Shown: one piece after another, positions 10,177 to 20,034 of the stretch
How positions within the stretch are numbered: the first letter of the stretch is position 1
How the letters are laid out: every line of letters begins with the position of its first letter
From: Escherichia coli
GTDB lineage: Bacteria > Pseudomonadota > Gammaproteobacteria > Enterobacterales > Enterobacteriaceae
DNA length: 64,000 nt
Assembly: GCF_046105845.1 (NCBI RefSeq)
Contig: NZ_CP151004.1
Direction: 5' to 3' (one strand)
Position numbers and translations under genes: made by a program
The notes under the pieces: model-generated
What the model was told of the DNA's origin: nothing
Database searches by the model: none
Seen by the model: only the letters and a program-made list of their open reading frames with translations

Positions 10177-11998
10177 GAATCGACTCCTTGTGCCAGGCGA
10201 TGAGTAGCCCAGTAGCTACCGCGTTGCGCGGACCTTCGCTACCACGGATATTCCCCCGTCCGGCGACCAATCGATAATGCGCCAATGCATCGGTGACTAA
10301 CTGCGGTACTTCGAAATCCAGCGAAGAACCGCCCACCAGAACGACGAACGGAATATCGCGAATATTTCCTGCAGGGCTTACCTGACGTAGCGCGCGCAGG
10401 GCATTGGTTACGAAGACACGCTCTTTCGCACTGCGACGGACAGCGCGTACTTTTTCCAGCGTCAAATCACCGGGAATAGGCACCAGTTCGTCGGGTTTCA
10501 CTACACAGACGCGGGCAAATACATGGGGGGATAGGGGAGTAGGGAAGAACTGAACGCTGCCATCTTCATGGCGTAAGTGGAACAGGCTTTCTACTTTTGC
10601 CAACGGGTACTTTTTGATTTCTTCTGCCAGATAACGATCATTTAAGCCCAGCTCACGAACGATAATCATCGTTACCATGTCGCCCGCACCCGCAAGGTGA
10701 GTGGCAACAATTTCCCCTTTCTGATTGATGATGGAGGCATCGGTAGAGCCTGCACCTAAGTCCAGAATTGCCAGTGGACGTGTGGTTCCAGGGGTAGTCA
10801 AGGCCCCCTGAATGGCGGCTTCTGCTTCTGCGCCTCCTACCTGAACATCAACATGCAGTTTTTGCTTAATTTCACTGGCGATCATTGCCATTTGCAGACG
10901 GTCGGATTTCACCATAGAGGCAATACCCACAGCCTGTTCCAGTGAAAATTCACCTGCCAGACCGCCGGTTACGCTGACGGGGACAGAGGTATCTATCGCC
11001 AGCAAATCCTGAATAAAAATTTCGTTGCTGGGTTTGTTGGTCAGTTCCGCCATGGTCTGGCGAACATGTTCCAGCATTCCGCCGATGTTGGTGCCTGGTT
11101 CTCCCGTCACGTTTTCCAGTTTTGGGCACTCACCGACCGCTTTCATAATGGCATCGGCACCAGCAGCTACATCAACGCGCGTTGTGCGCCCGGCAGAAAG
11201 CAGTTCGATATTTCCGGCGGGTATCGAACGGGCTTTAACGTCGCCAGAAGGCGTTTTCACTACCACTGCTGAACGGTTGCCGATTAGCGCCCGCGCGACA
11301 GGAACAATATTTTTAGTCTCTTCAGCATTGAGGGCGAAAACGGTGGCAATCCCATACGGGTTAGATAGGGTTTCGATAACTTTCCCGGGAACGGCAACTT
11401 CAATTGCAGCCAGCATGCCGAGCGGAATACGATCGATGTAGAGGACTTCATCAACAATAGGTAGAGGAATTTCCAGGCGGTTATTGACCAGTACGCCATC
11501 GTCGCGTTGCAGAATAACGCCAGTCAGCTGATATCCGGCGCGTACGGAGGCGTTTATCATCGTCGCGATATCGGCAAAATCAAATGCCGATGACACCACC
11601 AGGATGTAAGGTGTGTCCGCCGGGCGTGTTAATAACTCTTGCGGAGTGATGGTGAGCCCTACGCCCAGCCCCACTCCGCCCGGAGTTTTCGGGTTGTGAC
11701 CGATCATGGTTGATTCGGTGATGATGGTTTCAGTGATGGTTTCCATCGCCACATCACCAATGACCGGAGTTGCTTCGTTGATACGAATAAGCGAAATATC
11801 GCTAACATTGATGCCGACTTTTTTCGTTGCCTGTGCGAGCGCCTCCTGAATACCATGGACGTTACGCAACGTACCTTTAATTCCGGTGGTTTCCGCCAGG
11901 GCGCTACTTACGAACGACAACTCTCCAGTTGCACTGAGCGTTGCCAGCGCAATCTCTGTTGATGAGTTACCGATATCAATGCCTGCTATATATCGCAT
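10166..11998 (-). CDS. pduG: PduG diol dehydratase reactivase large subunit
   Basis: 610 aa beginning MRYIAGIDIGNSSTEIALA, the actin-like ATPase fold of DhaF/PduG reactivases. Confidence 0.9.
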   Translation of the reverse strand: MRYIAGIDIGNSSTEIALATLSATGELSFVSSALAETTGIKGTLRNVHGIQEALAQATKKVGINVSDISLIRINEATPVIGDVAMETITETIITESTMIGHNPKTPGGVGLGVGLTITPQELLTRPADTPYILVVSSAFDFADIATMINASVRAGYQLTGVILQRDDGVLVNNRLEIPLPIVDEVLYIDRIPLGMLAAIEVAVPGKVIETLSNPYGIATVFALNAEETKNIVPVARALIGNRSAVVVKTPSGDVKARSIPAGNIELLSAGRTTRVDVAAGADAIMKAVGECPKLENVTGEPGTNIGGMLEHVRQTMAELTNKPSNEIFIQDLLAIDTSVPVSVTGGLAGEFSLEQAVGIASMVKSDRLQMAMIASEIKQKLHVDVQVGGAEAEAAIQGALTTPGTTRPLAILDLGAGSTDASIINQKGEIVATHLAGAGDMVTMIIVRELGLNDRYLAEEIKKYPLAKVESLFHLRHEDGSVQFFPTPLSPHVFARVCVVKPDELVPIPGDLTLEKVRAVRRSAKERVFVTNALRALRQVSPAGNIRDIPFVVLVGGSSLDFEVPQLVTDALAHYRLVAGRGNIRGSEGPRNAVATGLLIAWHKESIHGK

Positions 11999-12007
11999 AG
12001 TTCGTCC

Positions 12008-12526
12008 TTAATCGTCGCCTTTCAGTTTTTTGCGCTCGACATAAAGCTCCGCAGCTTCACGGACAAATGCAGCACAAATTTTGGCCTGATAACGCCGTTC
12101 AAGATCGTCAGCAATGGCAATGAGTTCTTGCTTAGTCGAACGATAAGGGCGTAACGCATTGTAGATTTCGAGGATACGATCATCCGGTACTGAGGTAAGC
12201 TCAGCGGCGCGTTCAAAATTCATCGCCAGACGATCGCGACCAGCATCTCTGGCAATCGCAGCCTGAATACGCAATGTTTCAGGGGTAATGCGCATATCCT
12301 GGGCGGTGACGTTATCGCTTAGCACATTTTCCAGAGTGAAATCGTCGAGCGTTTTATTGGTTGCTGTTTTAACCCATTCCGGATGTTTATTTGCCAGCGG
12401 ATAATCCGTCACTTTGGCGCTCTGTATTGACGCGCTGGGGACCGCAGAAACAGGAGCTGCATCCTGTAAACTGTTCATGCGATTCAACACGTCCCTGACC
12501 ATCGACTCAATTGCATCGGTATTCAT
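12008..12526 (-). CDS. pduE: PduE diol dehydratase small (gamma) subunit
   Basis: 172 aa; position after pduD. Confidence 0.9.
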   Translation of the reverse strand: MNTDAIESMVRDVLNRMNSLQDAAPVSAVPSASIQSAKVTDYPLANKHPEWVKTATNKTLDDFTLENVLSDNVTAQDMRITPETLRIQAAIARDAGRDRLAMNFERAAELTSVPDDRILEIYNALRPYRSTKQELIAIADDLERRYQAKICAAFVREAAELYVERKKLKGDD

Positions 12527-12540
12527 GAAGATTTCCTTTG

Positions 12541-13209
12541 TTAAAACGTCACGCGCAGTTCTTGCGGTTTTTTGCCAGTGACCACGTACTTCGTCTCTTT
12601 GATATGCAAAATGGCAGATTTAGCCTGGTATTTCGGCCGCGCCATTTGATCGTTGAGGGTCGGCACCGGTTGTGGAGACTCACGCTTTGCATAACGCGCG
12701 GCGTTTTTGCCAATCTGACGATAAGTTTCCAGCGTCAACAAAGGCGCTTGTGGGAATAGTTCCAGGTTAGACAAGGGAGGAAGACCCTGCTGGTGGATAA
12801 CCGTTGTGCCTTTCGACTGAATACCGATAGCAATACCTGAACCACTAAGACGATCGCCTTCGACTGCTACGAATGCGACATCGGACGATTTAAAGCAGCG
12901 AATCACACGGGCTTTAATGCCTTCTTCTTCAATACCAGCAATCACTTCGCGCAAGATGTTTTTATGCGGAATACCGATGATATTGACGGTTTGCGCCAGG
13001 CCGAACGCCGGGCCTACAGCAATAATGACTTCATCTTGCTGAGTGCCTTGTTGGGCTTCGCCAATTTCGGTCAGAAAATTTCCGGTATCTGGCGCGGAAG
13101 AGGCAGTTGCAGAGACAGGTGCGCGAAATGAAACGGGCTTGTCGCTGGTTTGCATTTCTGCCAGCACGTCTTCGATAATCTGACGCAGTAATTTTTCGTT
13201 AATTTCCAT
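12541..13209 (-). CDS. pduD: PduD diol dehydratase medium (beta) subunit
   Basis: 222 aa; position between pduC and pduE. Confidence 0.9.
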   Translation of the reverse strand: MEINEKLLRQIIEDVLAEMQTSDKPVSFRAPVSATASSAPDTGNFLTEIGEAQQGTQQDEVIIAVGPAFGLAQTVNIIGIPHKNILREVIAGIEEEGIKARVIRCFKSSDVAFVAVEGDRLSGSGIAIGIQSKGTTVIHQQGLPPLSNLELFPQAPLLTLETYRQIGKNAARYAKRESPQPVPTLNDQMARPKYQAKSAILHIKETKYVVTGKKPQELRVTF

Positions 13210-13218
13210 GTCTCACCC

Positions 13219-14883
13219 TTAGTCAATTTCGTTGGGATCAAGTGCACCGGGAATATTTTTGATCTCTTCCCAGCGTTCCCCTTGCAGGCGGTAACCTGTA
13301 GCCGGTCCGGCGTAATCATTGACGTCATTGACCGCAGAGAGCACTTGTCCGTCATCGACGATGATGGCTGAGGTATGGAGATAATCGCCGGTCAGTTTTG
13401 CTTTTTGCATGTTGAGCATGTCCTGGGCGACATCGGTAAAACCGCCTTGCGCCAGGGCTTTCACCACTTCCAGGCTGTTCCGGTTTTTATTGATAATCTC
13501 CTGGGCGAACTTGATGTCTTCCACAATATTGCGCTCAGGCATATCTTTTGAACCGTGGGCATAGGTTGCCGCTTCGACTTCTTCATCGGTAATAGGCGGT
13601 AGTCCCATACCGGCAAAGACAGCCTGTAAAGCGCGAGCGGCTTTATTGCGGATAGCGATAACATCTTCTTCGCGTACTGGTCGCAGGCCGCCATCAACCT
13701 TCAGGTCACGCTGAATGACGTTGTAATCATCGAAGTCTTCAGCATCTTCGTTTGAACCAGCAAACATGTTGTCATAGTTCGGCACAGCGGAAAAACCGGA
13801 AGAGATAAAGTCGGTACCTGGCAGAAACTGCATCAGGAAACGTGCGGTACGGCGCATATCCGAGTGGGTAAAGGTCTGGTCATTACTGGAGGCGCATTCC
13901 AGATCCAGCGATGAGCAAATTAAGTTTTCCGCTAATACTGCGCGGATGCCTGATGGCACAGCTGATGGAACACCGATGCAGCTTACCGAACCATTCTGCA
14001 GGCCCTGAACGCCTGCGGCTTTGGTGATGTAAATGCAACGAGCCTCGAGATAAAGCATTGATTTGCCTTCCGCGTAACCCATCTGTACTTCAGAGCCGGA
14101 GCCGGAAGTAAAGCGCATTTTTAAGCCGCGAGACGCATAGGATGACGCGAGAAATCCTTTTGACCACGGGGTGTCATCGCCATCGGTGAAAACAGGTTCT
14201 GTACCATAGACAGAAATTGTTTCGGCGTAACAGGTGTGGCCTAACATACCGAGTTTCAGTTCGGTGGCTTCTTCCAGTGAACACTGGGTCAAGACGCCCG
14301 GACGTCCCACCTGTGAGCCGACCAGCAGGGCGATGGCGTTGAACGGGGCATAGCGAGCAACGGCAACGGTGGTTTCCTGTTCATCAAACCCGCGCCATGC
14401 GCCTTCAGCTGCGTCGGCGGCAATTTGTACCGGGTTATCTTTGACGTTGGTGACGTGAGCCTGTTGTGATGGTGTTCGACGGGCGCGCATTTTCTGCATC
14501 GCCATCATCATCTCTACCACGTTCATCAGCGAAACAACTTCGACGATTTTTGCAGGCGTCATTGCTGTGGTAAGGGGAACGATATTGCTACGTTTGACAT
14601 TTGGATCGCACAACATATTGGCAAGTTTTACCGAATCCATCGCGATGACTTCTTCTGCGCGCGCGAGATTGATGCCGTAGCGGGCGATAAAGTGGTCGAT
14701 CAGGTCAAACTGGCTGGCGGGTTTTCCATCCAGTTCGGTAACGACGCCGTTAACAATTTTGATTGATGGTTTAGGATCGTTCGGGCTTTCCATCGCAATG
14801 AAGCCTTCTTCAATCCACTCTTTAACGAAACCGTCCTGGTTGACCGGGCGTTTTGCCAGTGCTTCAAATCTTTTCGATCTCAT
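13219..14883 (-). CDS. pduC: PduC B12-dependent diol dehydratase large (alpha) subunit
   Basis: 554 aa beginning MRSKRFEALAKRPVNQDGFVKEWIEEGFIAMESPNDPKPSIKIVNG, matching the diol/glycerol dehydratase alpha family. Confidence 0.92.
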   Translation of the reverse strand: MRSKRFEALAKRPVNQDGFVKEWIEEGFIAMESPNDPKPSIKIVNGVVTELDGKPASQFDLIDHFIARYGINLARAEEVIAMDSVKLANMLCDPNVKRSNIVPLTTAMTPAKIVEVVSLMNVVEMMMAMQKMRARRTPSQQAHVTNVKDNPVQIAADAAEGAWRGFDEQETTVAVARYAPFNAIALLVGSQVGRPGVLTQCSLEEATELKLGMLGHTCYAETISVYGTEPVFTDGDDTPWSKGFLASSYASRGLKMRFTSGSGSEVQMGYAEGKSMLYLEARCIYITKAAGVQGLQNGSVSCIGVPSAVPSGIRAVLAENLICSSLDLECASSNDQTFTHSDMRRTARFLMQFLPGTDFISSGFSAVPNYDNMFAGSNEDAEDFDDYNVIQRDLKVDGGLRPVREEDVIAIRNKAARALQAVFAGMGLPPITDEEVEAATYAHGSKDMPERNIVEDIKFAQEIINKNRNSLEVVKALAQGGFTDVAQDMLNMQKAKLTGDYLHTSAIIVDDGQVLSAVNDVNDYAGPATGYRLQGERWEEIKNIPGALDPNEID

Positions 14884-14901
14884 AAATCTGCCTCAGAGAA
14901 T

Positions 14902-15714
14902 TCAGATGTAGGAAGGGCGATCGTTTTTCGGTGTATCGCCGAGAGTCGAAAGCACGGTTTTACCGATTTCGCGTGCAGAGATGACCGCCTGGCGGACTGC
15001 GCCGGAGTCACCCGAGATAATCAGAATGACTTCATTGCTGTAGCTGGTGCCTTGAGCGGGGGAGCTGTATGCCACAACATCCACATTGGCGGACTTCAGC
15101 GCGGTGTCGGCCATCAGAACACCCACAGCAGCCGGAGCGCCGACAATAACGCCGCAAGCCCGTCCCAATGGTGCACCAAACGCTTTTTCCAGTGCATAGC
15201 TGGCGCGGGCGGTATATTGCAGCTCAAGATGTCCGGCTTCGTTGGCATAGACATCGCCAAAGGTCCGATCGAGTTCTTTCAGGGCGACTTCAATACCGCG
15301 TTTCACGTCGGAAACATCGTTGCCACCTAAGAGGATCAATGAGCCATGTCCGGCACCGCCTTTAGTATCCCGAGGAAGTTCAATGCTAATAACTTCAGTG
15401 TTGGTGGCTTTTACCGCTTCATCAGCGGCCATAATGTGTGGCCCTGCGCCAATACGCGCACCCAGAATGCCAATGGAACGATAGCGTTTTTCAAGTTTCA
15501 TTGCGTCCAACAGGGCGCTATCAACGTTCGCAATGACCAGACCTACAGTGTCGCCAATAGCGGTGCCAACAAATTCTGTTAACGTGCAGCTTTTTTCTGC
15601 CATAGCCGTCTCTCGTATTTGATGAGTGGTTTTCGGGAGAACCTCATGCTCTGGCGTCGCTACGCGAGCGATGACCTGCGCCATGATCTGTTTGACCAGT
15701 TCATTGCTGCTCAT
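14902..15714 (-). CDS. pduB: PduB microcompartment shell protein (tandem BMC, trimer type)
   Basis: 270 aa; position between pduA and pduC. Confidence 0.9.
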   Translation of the reverse strand: MSSNELVKQIMAQVIARVATPEHEVLPKTTHQIRETAMAEKSCTLTEFVGTAIGDTVGLVIANVDSALLDAMKLEKRYRSIGILGARIGAGPHIMAADEAVKATNTEVISIELPRDTKGGAGHGSLILLGGNDVSDVKRGIEVALKELDRTFGDVYANEAGHLELQYTARASYALEKAFGAPLGRACGVIVGAPAAVGVLMADTALKSANVDVVAYSSPAQGTSYSNEVILIISGDSGAVRQAVISAREIGKTVLSTLGDTPKNDRPSYI

Positions 15715-15995
15715 GGGTTAATTCCCTTTGGTAAGATTTTTTCGACATCGGTATGTGGGCGGGGAATAATGTGCACGGCTTTTACTTCGCCGACGTTACG
15801 CGCAGCTGCGGCACCTGCGTCTGTTGCCGCTTTTACCGCCCCGACATCACCACGAACGATGACGGTCACCAGCCCGGAACCTATTTTTTCGTAGCCGACC
15901 AGCAAAACATTTGCCGACTTCACCATGGCGTCTGCGGCCTCTATGGCGGCAGTTAAGCCTTTGGTTTCTACCATTCCTAACGCTTCTTGTTGCAT
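15711..15995 (-). CDS. pduA: PduA major microcompartment shell protein
   Basis: 94 aa; [57 protein letters not shown] is a canonical BMC domain; first gene of the minus-strand operon. Confidence 0.92.
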   Translation of the reverse strand: MQQEALGMVETKGLTAAIEAADAMVKSANVLLVGYEKIGSGLVTVIVRGDVGAVKAATDAGAAAARNVGEVKAVHIIPRPHTDVEKILPKGINP

Positions 15996-16506
15996 AAAGA
16001 CCTCGCCTGGATTTTTTTGACGATATGACTATAAAAAAAAACGAGGAAAAAGAATGGCTGACTTAATCGGCTAATCAGAAAAATTAATAGAGAACAAATA
16101 TTATAAAATTGCTTTTATGAACTATATGTTGTTAATTTATTAGTTGTTTTGTGGATATTTCAATGTGAATTAATTGCGTTGGCTAGTGAGTTTAATCGCG
16201 AGTAATATTTCGTTGAGTTTGGTTCGAGGAAGGAACTGTGATATTTGTTTCAATTTTATTATGTCATGATGGCAATTTTTTACTGTAAAAGTTTGGTGGA
16301 AATTATTACTTTCAACACTGATTAACGCTGTGTTGCATGATTCGGCAATGACAATAATTTGTTATGTTAGCACGATTTTTACACGAGTCTGTCATGCATG
16401 TTAGCAATATTTTCTGCAGAGCAATTTTTTATAGTTGCGCTCGATATACACAACAATCAGCGCATAGTTGGCTGATAAAGAAAAACTCCGTAAAGAAGGT
16501 GTCACT
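15996..16506. promoter_or_regulatory. Divergent AT-rich control region between pduA (minus) and pduF-pocR (plus)
   Basis: About 510 bp without coding potential, strongly AT-rich, between two divergently oriented gene starts; corresponds to the PocR-controlled pdu promoter region in Salmonella. Confidence 0.6.
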
Positions 16507-17316
16507 ATGAATGATTCACTCAAGGCGCAATGCGTTGCCGAGTTTTTGGGCACCGGACTGTTCCTCTTTTTTGGCATTGGTTGTTTGTGCGCCCTGAAAC
16601 TTGCCGGGGCAAGTCTGGGACTGTGGGAAATTTGTATCATTTGGGGGTTAGGGATTTCGCTTGCTGTTTACCTTACGGCAGGTATTTCCGGCGCTCATCT
16701 CAACCCGGCTGTTACCATTGCTCTGTGGCTGTTTGCCTCTTTCCCTGCCCGTAAAGTGCTGCCATTTTGTGTGGCGCAATTAGCGGGTGCCTTTGGTGGT
16801 GCGGTTCTGGCATATTTTCTCTACAGCAGTTTGTTTACCGATTTTGAATCTGCTCACAATATGGTGCGTGGTAGTGCAGAAAGTTTACAACTCGCCAGTA
16901 TCTTCAGTACTTATCCGGCAGCGGCGATTAATGTATGGCAAGCTGCGTTGGTCGAAGTGGTCATAACGTCCATGTTAATGGGGTTGATTATGGCGTTGAC
17001 CGATGACGGTAATGGCGTACCCAAAGGACCGCTTGCGCCTTTACTTATTGGTATTCTGGTTGCTGTTATTGGTGCTTCTACCGGACCATTAACCGGTTTT
17101 GCCATGAATCCAGCGCGTGATTTTGGACCTAAAATTTTCACCTGGCTTGCGGGTTGGGGGGAAATTGCGATGACTGGTGGACGCAATATTCCTTATTTCA
17201 TTGTACCCATTATTGCACCGATCATTGGCGCATGTGTTGGTGCGGCGATTTATCGCTATCTCATTGCAAAGAATTTACCTGTCAATAGTGTAACGCCTAA
17301 AGAAATTAGCGAATAA
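16507..17316 (+). CDS. pduF: PduF propanediol diffusion facilitator (MIP/aquaglyceroporin family)
   Basis: Internal ATG gives MNDSLKAQCVAEFLGTGLFLFFG; NPA motifs (HLNPAV and MNPARD) present; the supplied ORF carries an upstream extension. Confidence 0.9.
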   Translation: MNDSLKAQCVAEFLGTGLFLFFGIGCLCALKLAGASLGLWEICIIWGLGISLAVYLTAGISGAHLNPAVTIALWLFASFPARKVLPFCVAQLAGAFGGAVLAYFLYSSLFTDFESAHNMVRGSAESLQLASIFSTYPAAAINVWQAALVEVVITSMLMGLIMALTDDGNGVPKGPLAPLLIGILVAVIGASTGPLTGFAMNPARDFGPKIFTWLAGWGEIAMTGGRNIPYFIVPIIAPIIGACVGAAIYRYLIAKNLPVNSVTPKEISE

Positions 17317-17518
17317 CGAAATAATCTGGCAGTTATAAACGTTTATTTTTTTACTGTTTGTGATCTGCTTTCCGAACTTATTAAAAAGTCTCCCGCTTCA
17401 CGGAGGCTTTTGTTATTGTCCTTTGTGCTTCTCGTCAGTAAATCATCAGGGATGATGTGAAGATTAAATGTAAAACAATTGTTTTGCTATAACAATAAAT
17501 TAACTGGGAGGTTTTATC

Positions 17519-18433
17519 ATGATTTCTGCGGCGACACTTAATTCAGAACTCATTAATAAAATCGCGCAGGATTTTGCGCAGGCGACCAGCCTTGCGGTTG
17601 TCGTGGTCAATATTCACGGCGATGAAATTTCCGAGCTGTTTAACTTCACTCCATTTTGTCAGATGATGCGGCAACACCCTCAGCTAAGCACTCGATGTCG
17701 CATGAGCGATCGTTGTGGGGGCTTGGAAGCCTCTAAATCCGATCAGCCTTGTATTTATCGCTGTCATGCCGGATTAACCGATTTCTCTATTCCACTGGTA
17801 ATCGCCGGGCATTTAGTCGGTTTTGTATTGTGCGGGCAAGTTCGTCTGCGTAATGATGATGTCGATTTGGTCGATATTCTGAATGTCGATGATTGCTGGC
17901 AGGCAGATCCCGAATTACTTAATGAATTCCGCAAAGTTCCTGAGATGGATTACTCAAGAGTTATGGCCTCTGCTGATTTGTTGAAGTTGATTGTGGAAAA
18001 TTGCCTCAAAAAACAACTCAATTTTGTGGTTATTAAAGAGAACAAATCTCAGTCAGATTCGGTGCGCCAGACTCGTGCGCCTAATCCCCACGACAATAAA
18101 ATGAAAAAAGCTTTACGCTATATTGATGCGCATTTATCAGACGATTTGCGTCTGGAAGATGTCGCCTCACACGTTTATCTAAGCCCTTATTATTTCAGTA
18201 AGTTATTTAAGAAATACCATGGAATCGGGTTTAATGCGTGGGTAAACCAACAACGGATGGCCAGCGCTCGTGAGTTACTGTGCCATAGTGACTGGAGCAT
18301 CGCCAGCATTGCGCGTAATTTAGGTTTTTCACAAACAAGTTATTTTTGCAAAGTTTTCCGTCAGACTTATCAGGTTACGCCGCAGGTGTATCGACAGCAA
18401 GTGAGTGATAATGCGGCGATGGAAACGGTATAG
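17519..18433 (+). CDS. pocR: PocR, AraC-family activator of pdu/cob genes
   Basis: 304 aa; C-terminal AraC-type HTH region (LRYIDAHLSDDLRLEDVASHVYLSPYYFSKLFK); position after pduF. Confidence 0.9.
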   Translation: MISAATLNSELINKIAQDFAQATSLAVVVVNIHGDEISELFNFTPFCQMMRQHPQLSTRCRMSDRCGGLEASKSDQPCIYRCHAGLTDFSIPLVIAGHLVGFVLCGQVRLRNDDVDLVDILNVDDCWQADPELLNEFRKVPEMDYSRVMASADLLKLIVENCLKKQLNFVVIKENKSQSDSVRQTRAPNPHDNKMKKALRYIDAHLSDDLRLEDVASHVYLSPYYFSKLFKKYHGIGFNAWVNQQRMASARELLCHSDWSIASIARNLGFSQTSYFCKVFRQTYQVTPQVYRQQVSDNAAMETV

Positions 18434-18534
18434 AGTAAATGCCCCAAAAAAAGAGGACGGTTTAAATAAACTCTGCAATGAATAATTAACGTTATTTACC
18501 TGTTATGGGAAAAGTGAAATCAGCTCATAACATA

Positions 18535-18790
18535 CGCTGACAGGTGTGGCACATTTGTGCCTGGGAAGAGGGTGAAAATCCCTCGCAGCCCCCGCTGCTG
18601 TAATGCTGACAAACCCGAAAATGCCACTGATCGCGAGATTGGGAAGGTCGGGAGAGGATGACGCTAAGCCAGAAGACCAGCCAGTCAGTCAATACCAACA
18701 ACTTCGGTGGGAAGTGGGTTGCCCGGAAGCGTCCGGTAGAGTACCGGCGCGTCTTTATACCCCTACCACCCTGAAAGGATCAGGGTATGG
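18535..18790 (+). promoter_or_regulatory. Cobalamin (AdoCbl) riboswitch, leader of the former cbi operon
   Basis: Conserved aptamer core ggtgtggc...gcctgggaagagggtgaaaatccctcgcagcccccgctgctgtaatg...gccactg and B12-box-like taagccagaagaccagcc at 18666-18683; downstream stem accctga/tcagggt can sequester the aagga ribosome-binding site before the ATG at 18787. Confidence 0.8.
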
Positions 18791-18921
18791 CGGCATCATT
18801 TAGTTCTTTCATCGCAGTGCCGACAGGCACCAGGGCTGCACTTAAGGTGTGGCAATCTTGTTTCATGGCTCATCAACCAGACCGCCATTACAGGAAACTA
18901 AGTGGAGGGCGAGAGGCATGA
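18787..18921 (+). pseudogene. 44-codon mini-ORF, possible decayed 5' end of cbiA
   Basis: Starts MAA directly after the riboswitch, as cbiA does in Salmonella, but diverges after a few residues; stop TGA overlaps the next ATG (ATGA). Confidence 0.3.
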
Positions 18922-19355
18922 AAACGATAAAACCCGAATCGATAGCTCTTTTTTGCCTCTTATCTGGAGATGTGGATCTGGCGAAATATCTGGCTGAAAT
19001 ATTGCCAATAACCTGTTTTGTTGGTGAGGACTGGCAGCAAGATTTCCAGCCTCTTGATGGTGGGTCTGTGCAATCGTTATCAGATGTGTATGGCGATTAT
19101 TCAGTGCTGCTATTGATAGCAGCTGAAAGCGAGATATCCGTACCAGAATGGCTCGCTCATTCTGAAGGAACGACGGTAATTGTGATTGCAGAACACAATG
19201 CCCGTTTGCTGACTGGTCCGGCTGGTGGGGCTGTAGCATTGATCCATTATCTGAATGAAATCTGTCATTCCAGAGAAACCGCTGTCAATGACGCATTTTG
19301 TCGTACGTTAACACGAGGAAGTCTGGCTATTCCGCAATGCCATCTTCTTTCGTAA
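18918..19355 (+). CDS. Hypothetical protein, 145 aa, no family recognised
   Basis: ORF with ggaggg ribosome-binding site 8 nt upstream of ATG 18918; start overlaps the stop of the preceding mini-ORF; lies between the riboswitch and cobU. Confidence 0.4.
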   Translation: MKTIKPESIALFCLLSGDVDLAKYLAEILPITCFVGEDWQQDFQPLDGGSVQSLSDVYGDYSVLLLIAAESEISVPEWLAHSEGTTVIVIAEHNARLLTGPAGGAVALIHYLNEICHSRETAVNDAFCRTLTRGSLAIPQCHLLS

Positions 19356-19488
19356 TGGATTGAGAATGCTGGATTTTTAATTATATTACGCGCAGTATTA
19401 ATCGCGTAAATGTTTTGCGGTCAGCAACGGTGGGGGATCCATTGTTCTGTTCAATGAATACCATCATACAATTGAATCAGGAGTCGGT

Positions 19489-20034
19489 ATGATGATTTTG
19501 GTGACAGGTGGAGCACGGAGCGGGAAGAGTCGCCATGCAGAGGCGCTTATTGGGGACTCTTCACAGGTTCTGTATATCGCCACCTCGCAAATCCTTGATG
19601 ATGAGATGGCTGCACGGATAGAACATCATCGGAAAGGCCGCCCGGCGCACTGGCGCACGGTGGAGCGTTGGCAACATCTTGATGAATTAATTCATGCAGA
19701 CATTAACCCGCATGAAGCTGTGTTGCTGGAATGCGTTACCACAATGGTGACTAATCTGTTGTTTGATTATGGCGGAGATAAAGACCCTGATGAATGGGAT
19801 TATCAGGCGATGGAACAGGCAATTAATGCTGAGATTCAGTCGTTGATTGCTGCCTGCCAACGTTGCCCCGCGAAGATTGTATTAGTGACTAACGAAGTGG
19901 GAATGGGGATTGTGCCGGAGAGTCGTCTGGCACGACATTTTCGTGATATTGCCGGGCGGGTAAATCAGCAACTGGCCGCTGCGGCAAATGAAGTGTGGCT
20001 GGTGGTTTCGGGTATTGGAGTAAAAATCAAATGA
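19489..20034 (+). CDS. cobU: CobU adenosylcobinamide kinase / adenosylcobinamide-phosphate guanylyltransferase
   Basis: 181 aa beginning [22 protein letters not shown] (P-loop) and ending [10 protein letters not shown]. Confidence 0.95.
   Translation: MMILVTGGARSGKSRHAEALIGDSSQVLYIATSQILDDEMAARIEHHRKGRPAHWRTVERWQHLDELIHADINPHEAVLLECVTTMVTNLLFDYGGDKDPDEWDYQAMEQAINAEIQSLIAACQRCPAKIVLVTNEVGMGIVPESRLARHFRDIAGRVNQQLAAAANEVWLVVSGIGVKIK

Noticed and set aside
18849-18917. GTG-initiated upstream extension of the 18918-19355 ORF given by the track
   Set aside because: The extension overlaps the preceding mini-ORF in another frame and lacks a ribosome-binding site; ATG 18918 with its ggaggg site is the more plausible start.
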